Assembly: GCF_008831285.2 (NCBI RefSeq)
Contig: NC_045138.2
Location: forward strand, 32,674,001 to 32,738,000
DNA: 64,000 nt
Reading direction: 5' to 3'
DNA from: Nymphaea colorata
Taxonomy: Eukaryota
The position numbers and the translations under genes are program-made. The notes under the pieces were generated by a model. It did not search any database. It saw only the letters and a program-made list of their open reading frames with translations, and was not told the DNA's origin. Of the stretch, positions 30,581-44,900 are shown in pieces; within the stretch, counting starts at the first letter, position 1; the number at the start of each line of letters is the position of its first letter.

Positions 30581-30999
30581 CGTATTCTACACTACGCCCA
30601 AGAACAACTTCATAAGGTAAGTGCCCATGATCATCCGTTGCAATAATAAATGCTTAAGTTTTCCTGTTCATCTCTGGTGTCTATATCCATGCGCTTCTCC
30701 AAAATCCGAGCCGCTCCCACGGGTCCCGAATTCCTTTTACTCGCATTAAGAGGAAAGAATGGTTCCAGTGTCAGTATTCATGACCAATACAGTGTCTGGT
30801 TTTACTCGCAAATTTTAAGTCCGCATCCAAGACTTGGTTAGTCTTTATTTGTCCTGTTTGAGGATAAGTAGATAAGAATATGAGGTTAGCTGATCCTCTC
30901 CGCTGCAGCGTTCAACTAAACTTAGCGGCCGTTTTGTTGCCCCAAAAGTTCAGATTATTTTCTAAGCCTCTTTCCGGCCACTTTGATAGTGTCACTTAA

Positions 31000-31253
31000 G
31001 GGGCATTTATTGCCTCTGATCTTAAGTTCACAGGTAATGTGGTTTTCTTTTACTCATATGGCCAAATTCCCACATTGAACTTCACAGTTCATCAAACTAT
31101 AACCTAACATTCGCACTCCAAGTCCCCATTTTACTCTTTTATGCTAGCAAAAAGGTTGATCTAAGATCAAAGGAAAAAAAGGTCTGATATTAGATTTATA
31201 ATTGAAAAAAATCAATATCTAAGGTAACTAAATTAGAAGTAATCAAATGCCCC
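31000..31253. mobile_element. 254-bp MITE (Tourist/PIF-Harbinger-like)
   Basis: Inverted ends GGGGCATTT...AAATGCCCC extend imperfectly to ~20 bp, with TTAA on both flanks. Confidence 0.75.
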
Positions 31254-33483
31254 TTAAGGCAAGGTTTTGAAACACCCCTTCTCAAGAACTTCTTCCCTAT
31301 TTTTGTCCCACCCACATAGGTGCAATAAAGTATTTAGGGACGCTGTAAATTTTGTAAAATGAAAGGTATCTGCCACCCTACACCACGTTTGGATGGAGAG
31401 CATACAGTTGAGACCATGGCGCTGTTTCAGACCGTTTCCTCCACCGCCCTAACACCTTATGAACATCATCGAGCTAATGAGATGTCACAGGTTTTAAAGT
31501 TCCAATAATTGTTGAAGAAGGCATACCGTGTTGAATCCAAGTTGGGTGTAGATGAGTGGCTCCCATCCATGCACAGAGAAACCACCTAACCATGCCACGT
31601 TCAACTCTGCGAGGTAACCGAGAACACGAATTTGTATCTTCTCATTTCTTGCACAAAGCCAGAACCACGTAAAACGATGTTCAGAGCCAGAACAAACTTT
31701 AGATGCTTCTAAACATTGTAAAGCCTTCAAAATTTTCGTCAAGCGAGATGGACACACCAAGTCATATCATAAAAATACTCAAATTCTTTAGAGGATTCGT
31801 GTTATATCTATCTCAGTTAAATATGATAAAACTACCCAAATTTTTAACCAACAAACAGCATTTTGCTGGGTGCGCCCGCGAAGCACTAGATAAAGCTTTT
31901 GCAGAATTTGTTGGTGCAGAATCAGCAATAGTTCGCTCTCAGGTTCTAGGATACTACTAATCATTTATTGATACATACTGATCCATGAAAGGTATGCATG
32001 TCAACTTATGGAAATTTTCCGCTGCAGTTTTTCTCAGGCACTCGTGCTATGTAGCCTATATCCTGTGCATTTGTTTTCTGTTTTAAGACCTGGCCATGCG
32101 GTTAGCAAAATAAACAAACTCAGCTGTACATTCTGCTAATTGTTGTTGTTCTAGAATGAGGTCAAATCTGTTAGGTTTCAGAACGTTTACAGTTAATCTT
32201 CTAAGAGTTATTTACATTATATTGTTTAATAGACAAAGGTAAATTCTAGTTTGCCATATACAATCACAGATTGGTTGTTTAGATGCTCTAATTCTAAATT
32301 CAAAATTATTTTCAGCAATCAAATCGTATCTAACATCATCATCATCAAATTTCAGATACTTAATGGTCTCTTTCGTGTCAAAATTCGTTATATTTGTAAA
32401 ATCAATTCATCTCCATTAAGTTTCACATTTCTTGAAATCGACAAACAAAGACTGTTGTCATCGATAGCGTGGGAGTTCCTTACCCAAGAACAATCCACAG
32501 CTGAATAGGGCACCGATGATGGTCCCTGCAAGCTCCAACGCAAGAGGCGGCGTCGCAGCTTCTTAATCAAGAGAAGCGACAGTTGTAATTTTCTTCTTAT
32601 AGACTTTTTTTTTAATAAAAATTAAATTTTTTGTAACTCTCTCTCTCTCTCTCTTATATATACAGACATGCACATCAATATTGTTGATTATGTAGCCAAA
32701 TTAGTCATGTTCGACCAAAACAATTGACAACAGTATATATTACAGACATTACACAATTCGTCAAGCTCCGATAAAAAAATAGTGTTGTTCACGCTACCAC
32801 CAACGTGAAACTGAGAGGGTTTGTCAGAGCTTTTGAAACTCCAACGCTTAACAAAAGTATTGCTGCTATCATCGATGTAAAGCACAATCATCGCTCAAAT
32901 CAATGACGGGATACAAAATTATCGCCACAACCACCGACACCGTAAAAAAGTCTAAGCTAAATCAGCAAACGAGACCTTCACCAACGCCCTTGGCATCACG
33001 TCTTCCACATTAGAGCTGTTGATTTTCGAAGCGAAAGCTGTCAGAGAGTCTTCACCAGCTCTTATGGATTTTTTTTTTTCATTGAAGATCTTCAGTAGCA
33101 CAATAGAACGCCACTGAATATCTAAATTTTTATTATAACTACATTTCATATACATCTCATGATATTAACAAAAATCAGTTGCCAAAATTTGTCCCTGTGA
33201 GATATTTACAGGATTATAATTGGATGACTCAAGAATCACTTCGTGTGTGCTTACCGAAGAAAGCCTTATAGTGAGTTAAGAAATGTCCTCGCGCATGGTA
33301 TCAACATTTTTGAGTAGTAGTATACATCAAAAAAGGCTTATCCCATCAAGCGGCGGACCCCTGACGGCCACCTCTGCCATTTGTGTGAGTGGGCGAAATT
33401 TTTCTGCTTAGAACAGAGAGAGAGAGAGAGAGATTAAACAAAATGCATGCATCGTTGATCATTGCAATAAAAGAAACTGCACC

Positions 33484-36400
33484 TTGTTTATGATAGCTCT
33501 GAAGTGGGAAACCACCGACTCTTCTGATAAGACATGTTCATAGCTCTCAAAGGACTCAAAAAGTTTGTTGATCCCCTTTTCTGTTAGGGACAACTGTGAA
33601 AGGCAGTAAGCTATTCCTTCCCATTGTTTAACATCTGCAGTACAGTGTGCAACATCAATCAATCCAAGCTAATGAACAGGGAGTTATGGCTCCGCAAACA
33701 GATGAGGAAACTAAGCAAATAATATTCATAATGTAAGATATGTTTCTAAGAAGAATCTCCAGTTTCAGCCATGGTACATCCTAAAACAAAATAGAAATAT
33801 TGCTGCATGTAACTTCTCCATATATAGCAAACACTTCTGGTTAGATGTCATCTAAGTTTCAGGATGCATATCTAAGAGGTAAAACAATACACTGGTGGCA
33901 AAGTTAGTTTAAGAAAATTTTCAAAAATCTTAATGTTATAATAAATCAAAGAGTAGAATATTGAAAAACAAAACATGCATATGTTCAAAAAAGGGCAGCT
34001 TAGAAACTCGACTGAAAAATATGTAGTAGACAAATTTGAATTTTGGTGGCACTAAACATAATGCAACAGTAGATGAATATACTCCTTTTTTTAAATCCTC
34101 AGGTCTTAACATGATGAAATTATTCAAACAGACACAGAAAATTCCAAAAGCAAATAGTAAGTTTTGTTAAAAAAAAAAACTACTTAATAGGAGAAAATGT
34201 AGGAATTCAGCAAAAGGGGCCACAATCACATGCAGAGATCTATCCCATCAGCTTCTACACGTCACGAACGACAACGAGCAGCACAAGCAAAAAGCCAGTT
34301 TGGAAATGTGAATGAAGAAGGCTTCTGACCTCACCACTGTTTTATAAAGAAAAGGAAAATCCAAATGTTTTAAGATGCCTGCTATACTGCACGGTGAATC
34401 CTCCAAGCTACATTGCAAAACAGTAAAGCTGCTGTGCCTCGTGCTATGCTAGGCCTTAGAATATCTTTCAAGAGCAGGCCTTGCATGCTCACGAATTCAT
34501 TGCAATTAAGAGAAAAAAAAAAAACTTGTTTTGACATTAATAATCTTCAAGGTGATTGTTTTCTTTTTGTGGCACCATAGCTATAGGCTGGTTTTACAAA
34601 CATCACCAACTCACTGTATCTTCTGTCTTCCAATAACCAAAAATGATTGGTGATGACTTCATTCTTGTTCAGAGAAAGAAAATGAAAAGTCCACAAACAG
34701 CAGATACAAGTTTTAATACACACTCCAATTCTATAAAACTACAGGAGGAAAAAAATACAGATCAAAATATTTGCAAAACATGCAAGAACATTTCTCCAAA
34801 GGAAGTGCACATGCAACCCACCAATCGTTCCACAGAACCTATTACAAAGCTTCTCAACCAGACCTTCCATTTGCTTGTCCTACAAAAATTTAAATATCAG
34901 AAAGGGAGTGGAAGGACGAGACTGGAAGAACAGTTACATTGCATGTACAATGCAAACTGAAGCACCTTTTTAATTAACCCAATTAGGAACTGCACAATGC
35001 TGCAAAAAGTTTGTTCAGCGAAGTTCTGGTTGGACAGTCTGCTAAGAATGTCTGGCAGGAAATTGTAGACAGGATTGCTTCCTACAAAGGGACAACATGT
35101 TGGCATATTTAACATAATCTTGTTGTACCAGTTGTTAAAAGTCCAGAGTTGTAGCTTAAAATTTAAATTTGTTACCCTTCTTTGACAATTCATGGAAAAA
35201 AAACTTGGCTGAATTTGAGATCCTGTCATCCACATCTTCTAATTGAACAGCCATTTCATTAATGCAACCCTTTGCCTGGTCAACAAGCATTCCACGTGTA
35301 ACTTGGTATTTTCTCCTAAACAACAGTGTACCAAAAGTATCTTTGGCCAAAATAAGTACCTTCATCATGTCATTCAGAATGAGATGAGAAAGGACCAGAA
35401 CAGCATTTTTTCGGACAGATATTGCAGGATCACAAAGCCGAGCATACATGTTCTCTTTCCATGGCTCTAATAGATTAGGAAAACGCACTGACAAATCTCC
35501 AAGAGCTATTGTACAATTGGAACGAACAGTTTCACGTGGTGCATTCTCAGCAACAGTGAATAGAAGCTGCAGATTTGCTTCACTGCTAATGGTTTGGCTT
35601 ACACAGTTAGGATTTGCAATACGGGCCATGTTATTTTTATCCAAATTGCATGAGATAATGATCAGATACTTTACCAAAAGTTAGCATCAATTAGCATCAA
35701 CTTGCAGAGAGCCAGCATACCAGCAGCTTGTAACTCAGGGTACTACAGACATAAATGGGCATATTAATTTTCCCAGGCTCATAAAGACAGTAGTCTTAAA
35801 GATTTAGTATTCAACAAAACCACTCACCTGCTGCATTGAGCCGAAGTTCCTACATAGTTTCGCAACAAGAGGAGCACATAGCCCAATTAAATTTTTATCA
35901 GTTGAACCACCTGAAATAATATCCTTCTCAGCTTGTTCAGAAAGAGAATCGAGCCTAGCATCATCAGAATCTGCAAGACCCAATCCACGATTGATAGCAT
36001 TTTCCTGGACAATGGGGAAAAAAGGTAAAACACATTTCCCTTAGCCTAAAATTCAATTACCATGGAGCAAGCATATCAAGACGAACCAAACCAAAGACAG
36101 AACTCCAGGTAAAATCCAGAGAAAATTAGACTAAACAGGAATCCACTAGATCATCAGATGCAATCTTACTTTATTGGGTGCTGCAGAAGCTTCAGCATGT
36201 CCATTGGGGTCATTCTGCTGTTCAGATGTAGATGTTTCTTTCTTCTTTTTCTGCCTTTGGATTTTTCTAACACAAGACTCAATGTAAACCAACTGATTCA
36301 ATGCTACATGGCTTACAATAAAAAGGAATCTACTAAGTTTTGTAACTTTAACTGATATTGAAGTGTTGCCATTTCTACTCCCACTTTCAGCATTAGTTAC

Positions 36401-39400
36401 ATTACTGGTGCCATTGCAAGGAAAAGTAAGATTCTGAGCCTTTTTAACAACTTCAGCAGCCAAGATCTCAGGTCTCGGATGAATACAATATATTGCAGCA
36501 ATGGCCTGGTCTGCAGCTGCGTACCAAATGTGTTCTGGTAATGCAAAGCCATTTATTATATTCTGCAAAACCCTAAAAACCCTGCCACCGCTAGATATTA
36601 TTTTCTTCTTATCCTCTTCAGAAAGCCTTTGAAGTGCAACACATGCTGTTCTTGCAAGTAAAGGATCCTCCTTTGCCCATCATCCAAAGCCAAAATCTAT
36701 AATTTCTTGCAAATGAACCCCAATGATCTTTGGTGATGATTTGGCAGCCATGCAAAGAATTGAGAGTGCTCCACGGCATTGTTCTGCAGTTGCCCCGCTG
36801 ACAATGAAATTAAAGAAATCCCACAAAGAAGATATCTGAAAAATAAAAGAAACACTTAGACTGCTTCTTAGGTGAGCAAATGGGTAAAATGTGAAACGCT
36901 TCCAGCAGAAGAATAGTAACATCCATCAGACAACCTCACTCAACAACAGAAAAAAGCAAAAAAAAAACATAACTAAATCTCAAAGTAAAAAGGCCCCCTA
37001 AGGATCATAAAGTGACACAAGATATTTCCCCTTGAACCTTCCTTTCCTCTCTCATACACCACCATTCAGCTTTACCATGTTAACTAAATGGTCTCATGTA
37101 ATTGGTTAACAGAGAATCAAAATTATCAATGAGCCATATATTCAACATACCAATTCCACTGTGATTCAGAATTGGAGAATGAAACAACACCCTGCTCTAG
37201 AACCAGTATCATGATTAAGTGCCCGCAAATGAGGGGCTGCTTAACAAAATCCATATGATTCAATTTTGAAATCCATGCTATGTGGGTGAGCTGGTCCTGA
37301 TCGAGATGTTAACAAAACGATATGAATGACCACACTGATTAAAGTGCAAATTTCCAGACTAGAGTCTACCTCAAAACTTCAGTGTAGTCAAACCAACAAA
37401 GCATTTGAAGATCTGGAAAGCTCAGTCCGCTCAAAAGCTAGTGGTAGTGGAGCTATCTTTTCTTAGAGCTCCATCTGCCTATCCAGACAGTTAGTTTAAG
37501 AACCTCCAGCTCAAGAAGATCAAGAGTTCTATGCCCAGTGTGTGTGTCTCGGCATAAACTAGTAGTTGTCTGCCCAAACACAGCTTCCAAATCACAAGAG
37601 TTGGATGCTATGAGTGAAAAGGAAAATAACATTATTATGAAACAAGAAGCAAGGATATTAGTCTTACATCTCTCTTTTCCAACATTACTTGGTTAAGACA
37701 CCACAACTATCACAAGCTAGCACCAACATAGTGTTACATTGTAGGGTTCAGATCGGGAATCGGGTCGTTAACGGGTCTACTGGACTGATCCAGAAGATTA
37801 CTATAAATAAGGGAATTGCGGGGGTCATTAGGGTTATCGATGAATTGGGGTCTTCTCCTATGGTGAGGGGGTTGCTCTAACGGGGTTAGGGCAGTGTGTG
37901 TGTGAGTTTGGGGGTTTTACCTTGTAAGGGTTGGTAGTTAGCAGGTGGCTGCAAGAGTTGGATGCTATGAGTGAAAAGGAAAATATCATTATTATGAAAC
38001 AAGAAGCAAGGATATTAGCCTAACATCTCTCTTTTTCAACATTACTTGGTTAAGACAGCACAACTATCACAAGCTAGCACCAGCATAGCAGGCATAAGAT
38101 ACTAAAGAACTTGAGTAATAGTTATATGAAATGAATACATGATCAAGTCACAAACGTAAAAACCAACTCCACCATATCTTCACCATGCACACTTATACAC
38201 ACTGAAAAGTGAAAATGATAGGTTAAGTATGTAATAGCCTAAACATTCACCAAAACCAATATTAGTCTTATTAGATTTGTTAAAATAAAGGACTTGCAAC
38301 AACTGATTAAATACTTTCAGATTTCTGCACAAATATTCATCCTAGCGCACAACATCTAATGGTTCAAACATAGATACGAAGATGCAAAGCCATAATAGCA
38401 TTACCAATTTCTAGCAGCATCAATAATTGAACATACAGTACTTGAAGGAATCTCCCTTTTTGAAACTAACGAACTAATGACACATTCCAAAGCTGCAAGA
38501 TCACCTATACTAGAGTCTGTGGCAAGAATCAGTAAATTTCTAGCTGTTTCCATGGGGCTTTTCTTTGCATAGATTGTGATAAATGCACTAATCACAGCTC
38601 CGTAAATTGCTTTATCTTGGGAAAATACCTGTTCCAGGAAGAAAACAGGCATCGTCAGGGGCTCCCTAATATAATTCATGATTTCAGCATAATCATATAC
38701 AGAATATAAGAAGCTAGTCCTACCAGTGGCAGCATTTTTCGTAGAGATGCCTCTGCCCCCTCTATCTGAAATTGTCTGCATCTCATCAAAAAAAGGATGG
38801 CATTCTCAACATCAGAAGCAGATGGTGAAGCCAACATTTGAACCAGAGTGGGCATGATTGATGATATGCACTTCGTGAATCTCAGTCCAGCCTCAAGTGA
38901 AGCAACCGATGCACGACTCTGTTCCAAGTTTCCAATATCTGGCAGACAATCAACTGAAATGCCTACTTCAACAGCAGGTGCACAACTATCAGAAAAACCA
39001 TCTAAGATGTTGGAATGGCTCTTATTGTCAACAACATCACCCATTCCATGCCCATGAACCTTTTGAGAGTCTGCCTCAACATTAACCTCACTGCTCTCAG
39101 AAGAACCATTGGGTAATAGTTGTTGAAGCCTTTTGTTGTATTTCTCCAGAATCCCTTCAAATGAAGCAGTTCGCAATTGCGGTCCAAATGGATTGTACTG
39201 CAACATTGTGATCAGTAGATTCAACCGCAGATTTTCTCACGAGTGCAGACTTATCTTCAAGCCGCCCAACAGCAACCAGTGCAACCTCATTCCACAATCC
39301 AATGGATACTGCATGTTCTTCACAAAGATCTGCCCACACCTGAAGAACTTTGCTTCGAGTATATGCTGAAACATCTCTACACCTCTCCAGCATCATTTCC

Positions 39401-40958
39401 AGCATTGACTGCTTACCACGCAATCGAAGTGCTACTCCAGCTGGATCTCCATCTACATCCTTGAATGCCTTAGCAATTAACTTCCCGAATACCCCAATAA
39501 GTCCATTTCTAATCTTATATGACTCGCCTCCAAAGTGGGGTACCAGCATACCAACATTCGTAGCCACAAGCTTTGGCAACCTGTCAGCAAGTTCTGTTAG
39601 GAATCTTCCCACGTTATCGGCACCAGAAGTGTCCCTCAAGTAGTCCTTTGGATTCGTTCGGCTAATTTCCCTTATCAAAGCAACTGCAAGGCTGCCATCT
39701 GAATATTTGTGCTCTGCCCATCCGACCAAATCAGCCATGTGAGTTGGAAGGAAACCAAACTTGTGAATCATGTGCAATATCATCGCGGCTGACTGCATGG
39801 TATAGTGATACCCAGTAGCACAAATTCCGACTATCCTACAAAGCGCATCTTTTACCTCTGCATCCCTCAGTAATGCCGAATTCTCGAACAAAGTGAAGGT
39901 CGAACTACAATGCGGAACCAAGAAAGAAGCCAAAGTCATACTTCATTAGATAAAACAACCATTAGTTTTAAAAACTATTTAAAAGCAAATAACGTCGCCT
40001 AGACACGTCTAAGTGAAATGACTTCTAATGGTGTATTTTTTCCAACACTCAAAATATCATTCCACAAGAAAATATAGGCAAACCTAATTTTTCAGACATA
40101 AACTAAAAACATCAGAGCAACGTCTACAAAATAACTCGAGCGATTGATGATCTGCAACCAAAAAAAAAAATTCGCAAATTGTATAGATCTTCTTACCTGA
40201 CAAGGATTACCTAGATAGGTAATCTTCATCCAACTCCGATTTACCAAACAACGACTGAAGATCAATCTCAAGAGAATCGGCCACCAACCCAATAATTTGT
40301 CCTCGCTGTAGTTCCCAATTCCATGACTCTGCCGCATGCTTCTTCCTCCCCTTTCCACGTATACAGGAAAAAAACTCAGAAATTGTCTTAAAGTCAAAAA
40401 GCAAATAAGAGGGGGAAATTTTGACAAACCTTTTGGTGGCTAGCCGCAGCAGCCCGCGAAGCCTGGTTCGCGAAACCAGGATGAGGACGATGGATAACAG
40501 GGAGTAGGTGTAGATTTTGAATGCATTGAGATAGGAAGCCAACCGGTCAGGAGCGGAAAATGCTTCCGCTTCTTCAGGAGACCGCGACAGGCAGGATATG
40601 TTCGGGATCAGCATGCTGAAATTCGACCGGAGGCTCTCGACGAGGGATACCTTTGACGGTGGTAGGAGGTGCGGGAATCCCCTGACGATAGAGTAAATCT
40701 GATCGAACAACTCCTGCTCCTCGACACAGAACAATTCCATATCCGATAGCCGCCTTCGATGAATTGGAATCTGCTGGTACAAAAGGGCAACAGTGAGGGG
40801 ATAGATAATGGAGGGTGGAAGGTACCCTTGACAATCTCCTCGATCTCGGAAGGTGAGCAGACGGCGACGTCGACAGGATGCTGAACGAACAGGCTGATTC
40901 TGTCCTCTGGTTCCTCTTCGAGATCCGTTATCGTTTTGGGGATGACGAAGGGCGCCAT
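33484..40958 (-). pseudogene. CAP-D2: Condensin I non-SMC subunit CAP-D2 (Cnd1/NCAPD2), multi-exon, disabled and apparently 3'-truncated
   Basis: Recognisable CAP-D2 peptides: MAPFVIP, WNWELQRG, HFGGESYKIRN, RCRDVSAYTRSKVLQ, RSNCTIALGDLSVRFPNLLEPW, NPVYNFLPDILS. Lesions include a +1 frameshift at ~39225, an in-frame TGA at 36682-36680, and no in-frame acceptor for exon 2. Confidence 0.88.
37595..38088. repeat. Two 137-bp direct repeats (37595-37731, 37952-38088) flanking a 220-bp LTR-like filler inside a CAP-D2 intron
   Basis: The repeats align with few mismatches. The filler starts TGTTAC and contains CTATAAATA. Confidence 0.8.
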
Positions 40959-41982
40959 GGATGGCCAGACGATGAAGCTCTTCGGCTTCCACGAGATCGA
41001 GAGGGAGGGAGCGAGAGACTGAAAGAGCGGGAAACTTTTGGCGCAAACGATCCCGTAACCGCTTAAGCAAGCCTCGGCACCGGGTCTCGGGTATCCAGTA
41101 CCCGGTCCGACTCGAGCCCGAGCTCTGACCCGGAAAAACGAGACCCGGGCTGGTCCGACTCATTTATCGGGACGGCTCGGATGGGTCCGATAAACTTGAA
41201 TCGAGTCTGATAATTATTTTTTTAATTTTTATTAATTTATATATATATATTTATAATGTTTTATTACACTTAATTATTTATATGTATTAAATTTAAGTCC
41301 CTTTGTAAACGGATCCTGATCTTCATATCACAAAATTGGGAACGTGAACCTTGTACAGATATAAGGAAAAGGAATTGTTGGTAGGGCGGGAAACATGAAC
41401 GCACACCTTTGGCTAATTTTTTTTTTATCTTCGACGCGAAAGCAATGTTGTCCATTCAAATATTTGTTGTAGTGCATAGAAAAGAAAGCAACGTTGAGAC
41501 GGTAGTTGCGTTGATGAACGCTGAGAACGTTGACAAGGGAAATAACAATCAACCATTTTTCGTGTTAGAGAGAACTTTACCAATTCTTATGACATTTATT
41601 TTTGTTCCATTGAAGATCTTCAGTAACACGATGGAACGGCACTGAATGTCTAAAAGTTTTTATTATAACTACATTTCATATACATCTCATGATATTAGCA
41701 AAAATCGCCAACATTAATCCCTGTGAGCCATTGACAGGATTACAATTGATGCTTTAGTTCCAAATGCTCAAAAGGAAACTGCACCTACTGGCTCACTCGG
41801 TAGGTTGAGGTGCTTTGCTCTTCTATGGCAATTGTTCATATTCTCATGTATGGCAATTTTTCTGAACATTTTATATGTGTTTTCAGGACAACGTTGTTTC
41901 AGTGGAGGGGAAGTTTGTGTAGTGGATGCACCTGGAATACGGGAACTTCTCCGTGTGGTAATGACTAAATGTGGGAACTTCA

Positions 41983-44900
41983 CAACTCTGCGAGGGAACA
42001 GCGACCACGAATTTGTATCTTCTCATTCCTTGCAGAATGCCAGAACCACATAAAACGGTGTTCAGAGCCAGAACAAACTTTAGATGCTTCTAAACATTGT
42101 AAAGCCTTCAAAATTTTCCTCAAGCGAGATGGACACACCAAGTCATATCATAAAAATACTCAAATTCTTTAGAGGATTCGTGTTATATCTATCTCAGTTA
42201 AATATGATAAAACTACCCGAATTTTTAACCAACAAACAGCATTTTGCTGGGTGCGCCCGCGAAGCACTAGATAAAGCTTTTGCAGAATTTGTTGGTGCAG
42301 AATCAGCAATAGTTCGCTCTCAGGTTCTAGGATACTACTAATCATTTATTGACACATACTGATCCATGAAAGGTGTGCATGTCAACTTATGGAAATTTTC
42401 CGCTGCAGTTTTTCTCAGGCACTCGTGCTATGTAGCCTATATCCTGTGCATTTGTTTTCTGTTTTAAGACCTGGCCATGCGGTTAGCAAAATAAACAAAC
42501 TCAGCTGTACATTCTGCTAATTGTTGTTGTTCTAGAATGAGGTCAAATCTGTTAGGTTTCAGAACGTTTACAGTTAATCTTCTAAGAGTTATTTACATTA
42601 TATTGTTTAATAGACAAAGGTAAATTCTAGTTTGCCATATACAATCACAGATTGGTTGTTTAGATGCTCTAATTCTAAATTCAAAACAAATCAATTCATC
42701 TCCATTAAGTTTCACATTTCTTGAAATCGACAAACAAAGACTGTTGTCATCGATAGCGTGGGAGTTCCTTAACCAAGAACAATCCACAGCTGAATAGGGC
42801 ACCGATGATGGTCCCTGCAAGCTCCAACGCAAGAGGCGGCGTCGCAGCTTCTTAATCAAGAGAAGCGACAGTTGTAATTTTCTTCTTATAGACTTTTTTT
42901 TTAATAAAAAATAAATTTTTTGTAACTCTCTCTCTCTCTCTTATATATAGAGACATGCACATCAATATTGTTGATTATGTAGCCAAATTAGTCATGTTCG
43001 ACCAAAACAATTGACAACAGTATATATTACAGACATTACACAATTCGTCAAGCTCCGATCAAAAAATAGTGTTGTTCACGCTACCACCAACGTGAAACTG
43101 AGAGGGTTTGTCAGAGCTTTTGAAGCTCCAACGCTTAACAAAAGTATTGCTGCTATCATCGATGTAAAGCACAATCATCGCTCAAATCAATGACGGGATA
43201 CAAAATTATCGCCACAACCACCGACACCGTAAAAAAAGTCTAAGCTAAATCAGCAAACGAGACCTTCACCAACGCCCTTGGCATCACGTCTTCCACATTA
43301 GAGCTGTTGATTTTAGTCGCGAAAGCTGTCAGAGAGTCTTTACCAGCTCTTATGGATCTTTTTTTTCATTGAAGATCTTCAGTAGCACAATAGAACGCCA
43401 CTGAATATCTAAATTTTTATTATAACTACATTTCATATACATCTCATGATATTAACAAAAATCAGTTGCCAAAATTTGTCCCTGTGAGATATTTACAGGA
43501 TTATAATTGGATGACTCAAGAATCACTTCGTGTGTGCTTACCGAAGAAAGCCTTATAGTGAGTTAAGAAATGTCCTCGCGCATGGTATCAACATTTTTGA
43601 GTAGTAGTATACATCAAAAAAGGCTTATCCCATCAAGCGGCGGACCCCTGACGGCCACCTCTGCCATTTGTGTGAGTGGGCGAAATTTTTCTGCTTAGAA
43701 CAGAGAGAGAGAGAGAGAGATTAAACAAAATGCATGCATCGTTGATCATTGCAATAAAAGAAACTGCACCTTGTTTATGATAGCTCTGAAGTGGGAAACC
43801 ACCGACTCTTCTGATAAGACATGTTCATAGCTCTCAAAGGACTCAAAAAGTTTGTTGATCCCCTTTTCTGTTAGGGACAACTGTGAAAGGCAGTAAGCTA
43901 TTCCTTCCCATTGTTTAACATCTGCAGTACAGTGTGCAACATCAATCAATCCAAGCTAATGAACAGGGAGTTATGGCTCCGCAAACAGATGAGGAAACTA
44001 AGCAAATAATATTCATAATGTAAGATATGTTTCTAAGAAGAATCTCCAGTTTCAGCCATGGTACATCCTAAAACAAAATAGAAATATTGCTGCATGTAAC
44101 TTCTCCATATATAGCAAACACTTCTGGTTAGATGTCATCTAAGTTTCAGGATGCATATCTAAGAGGTAAAACAATACACTGGTGGCAAAGTTAGTTTAAG
44201 AAAATTTTCAAAAATCTTAATGTTATAATAAATCAAAGAGTAGAATATTGAAAAACAAAACATGCATATGTTCAAAAAAGGGCAGCTTAGAAACTCGACT
44301 GAAAAATATGTAGTAGACAAATTTGAATTTTGGTGGCACTAAACATAATGCAACAGTAGATGAATATACTCCTTTTTTTAAATCCTCAGGTCTTAACATG
44401 ATGAAATTATTCAAACAGACACAGAAAATTCCAAAAGCAAATAGTAAGTTTTGTTAAAAAAAAAAACTACTTAATAGGAGAAAATGTAGGAATTCAGCAA
44501 AAGGGGCCACAATCACATGCAGAGATCTATCCCATCAGCTTCTACACGTCACGAACGACAACGAGCAGCACAAGCAAAAAGCCAGTTTGGAAATGTGAAT
44601 GAAGAAGGCTTCTGACCTCACCACTGTTTTATAAAGAAAAGGAAAATCCAAATGTTTTAAGATGCCTGCTATACTGCACGGTGAATCCTCCAAGCTACAT
44701 TGCAAAACAGTAAAGCTGCTGTGCCTCGTGCTATGCTAGGCCTTAGAATATCTTTCAAGAGCAGGCCTTGCATGCTCACGAATTCATTGCAATTAAGAGA
44801 AAAAAAAAAAACTTGTTTTGACATTAATAATCTTCAAGGTGATTGTTTTCTTTTTGTGGCACCATAGCTATAGGCTGGTTTTACAAACATCACCAACTCA

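Noticed and set aside
31703..31960. 85-aa ORF conserved twice (31703, 42084)
   Set aside because: Conservation is explained by the recent duplication, and there is no recognisable domain.
39200..39245. Programmed frameshift in CAP-D2
   Set aside because: There is no slippery sequence, and other independent lesions in the gene make decay or error the simpler explanation.
40207..41163. 318-aa ORF as an intact alternative CAP-D2 N-terminus
   Set aside because: Its first ~135 aa are out of frame with the true exon 1 (MAPFVIP at 40958) and derive from upstream repeat-like sequence, exon 1 and intron 1. It ends at a premature stop.
41075..41210. ACCCG/CGGGT-rich inverted motifs upstream of CAP-D2 (similar GATAC-rich patch at 16500-16680)
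   Set aside because: Probably DNA-transposon subterminal remnants, but no termini or TSD could be defined.
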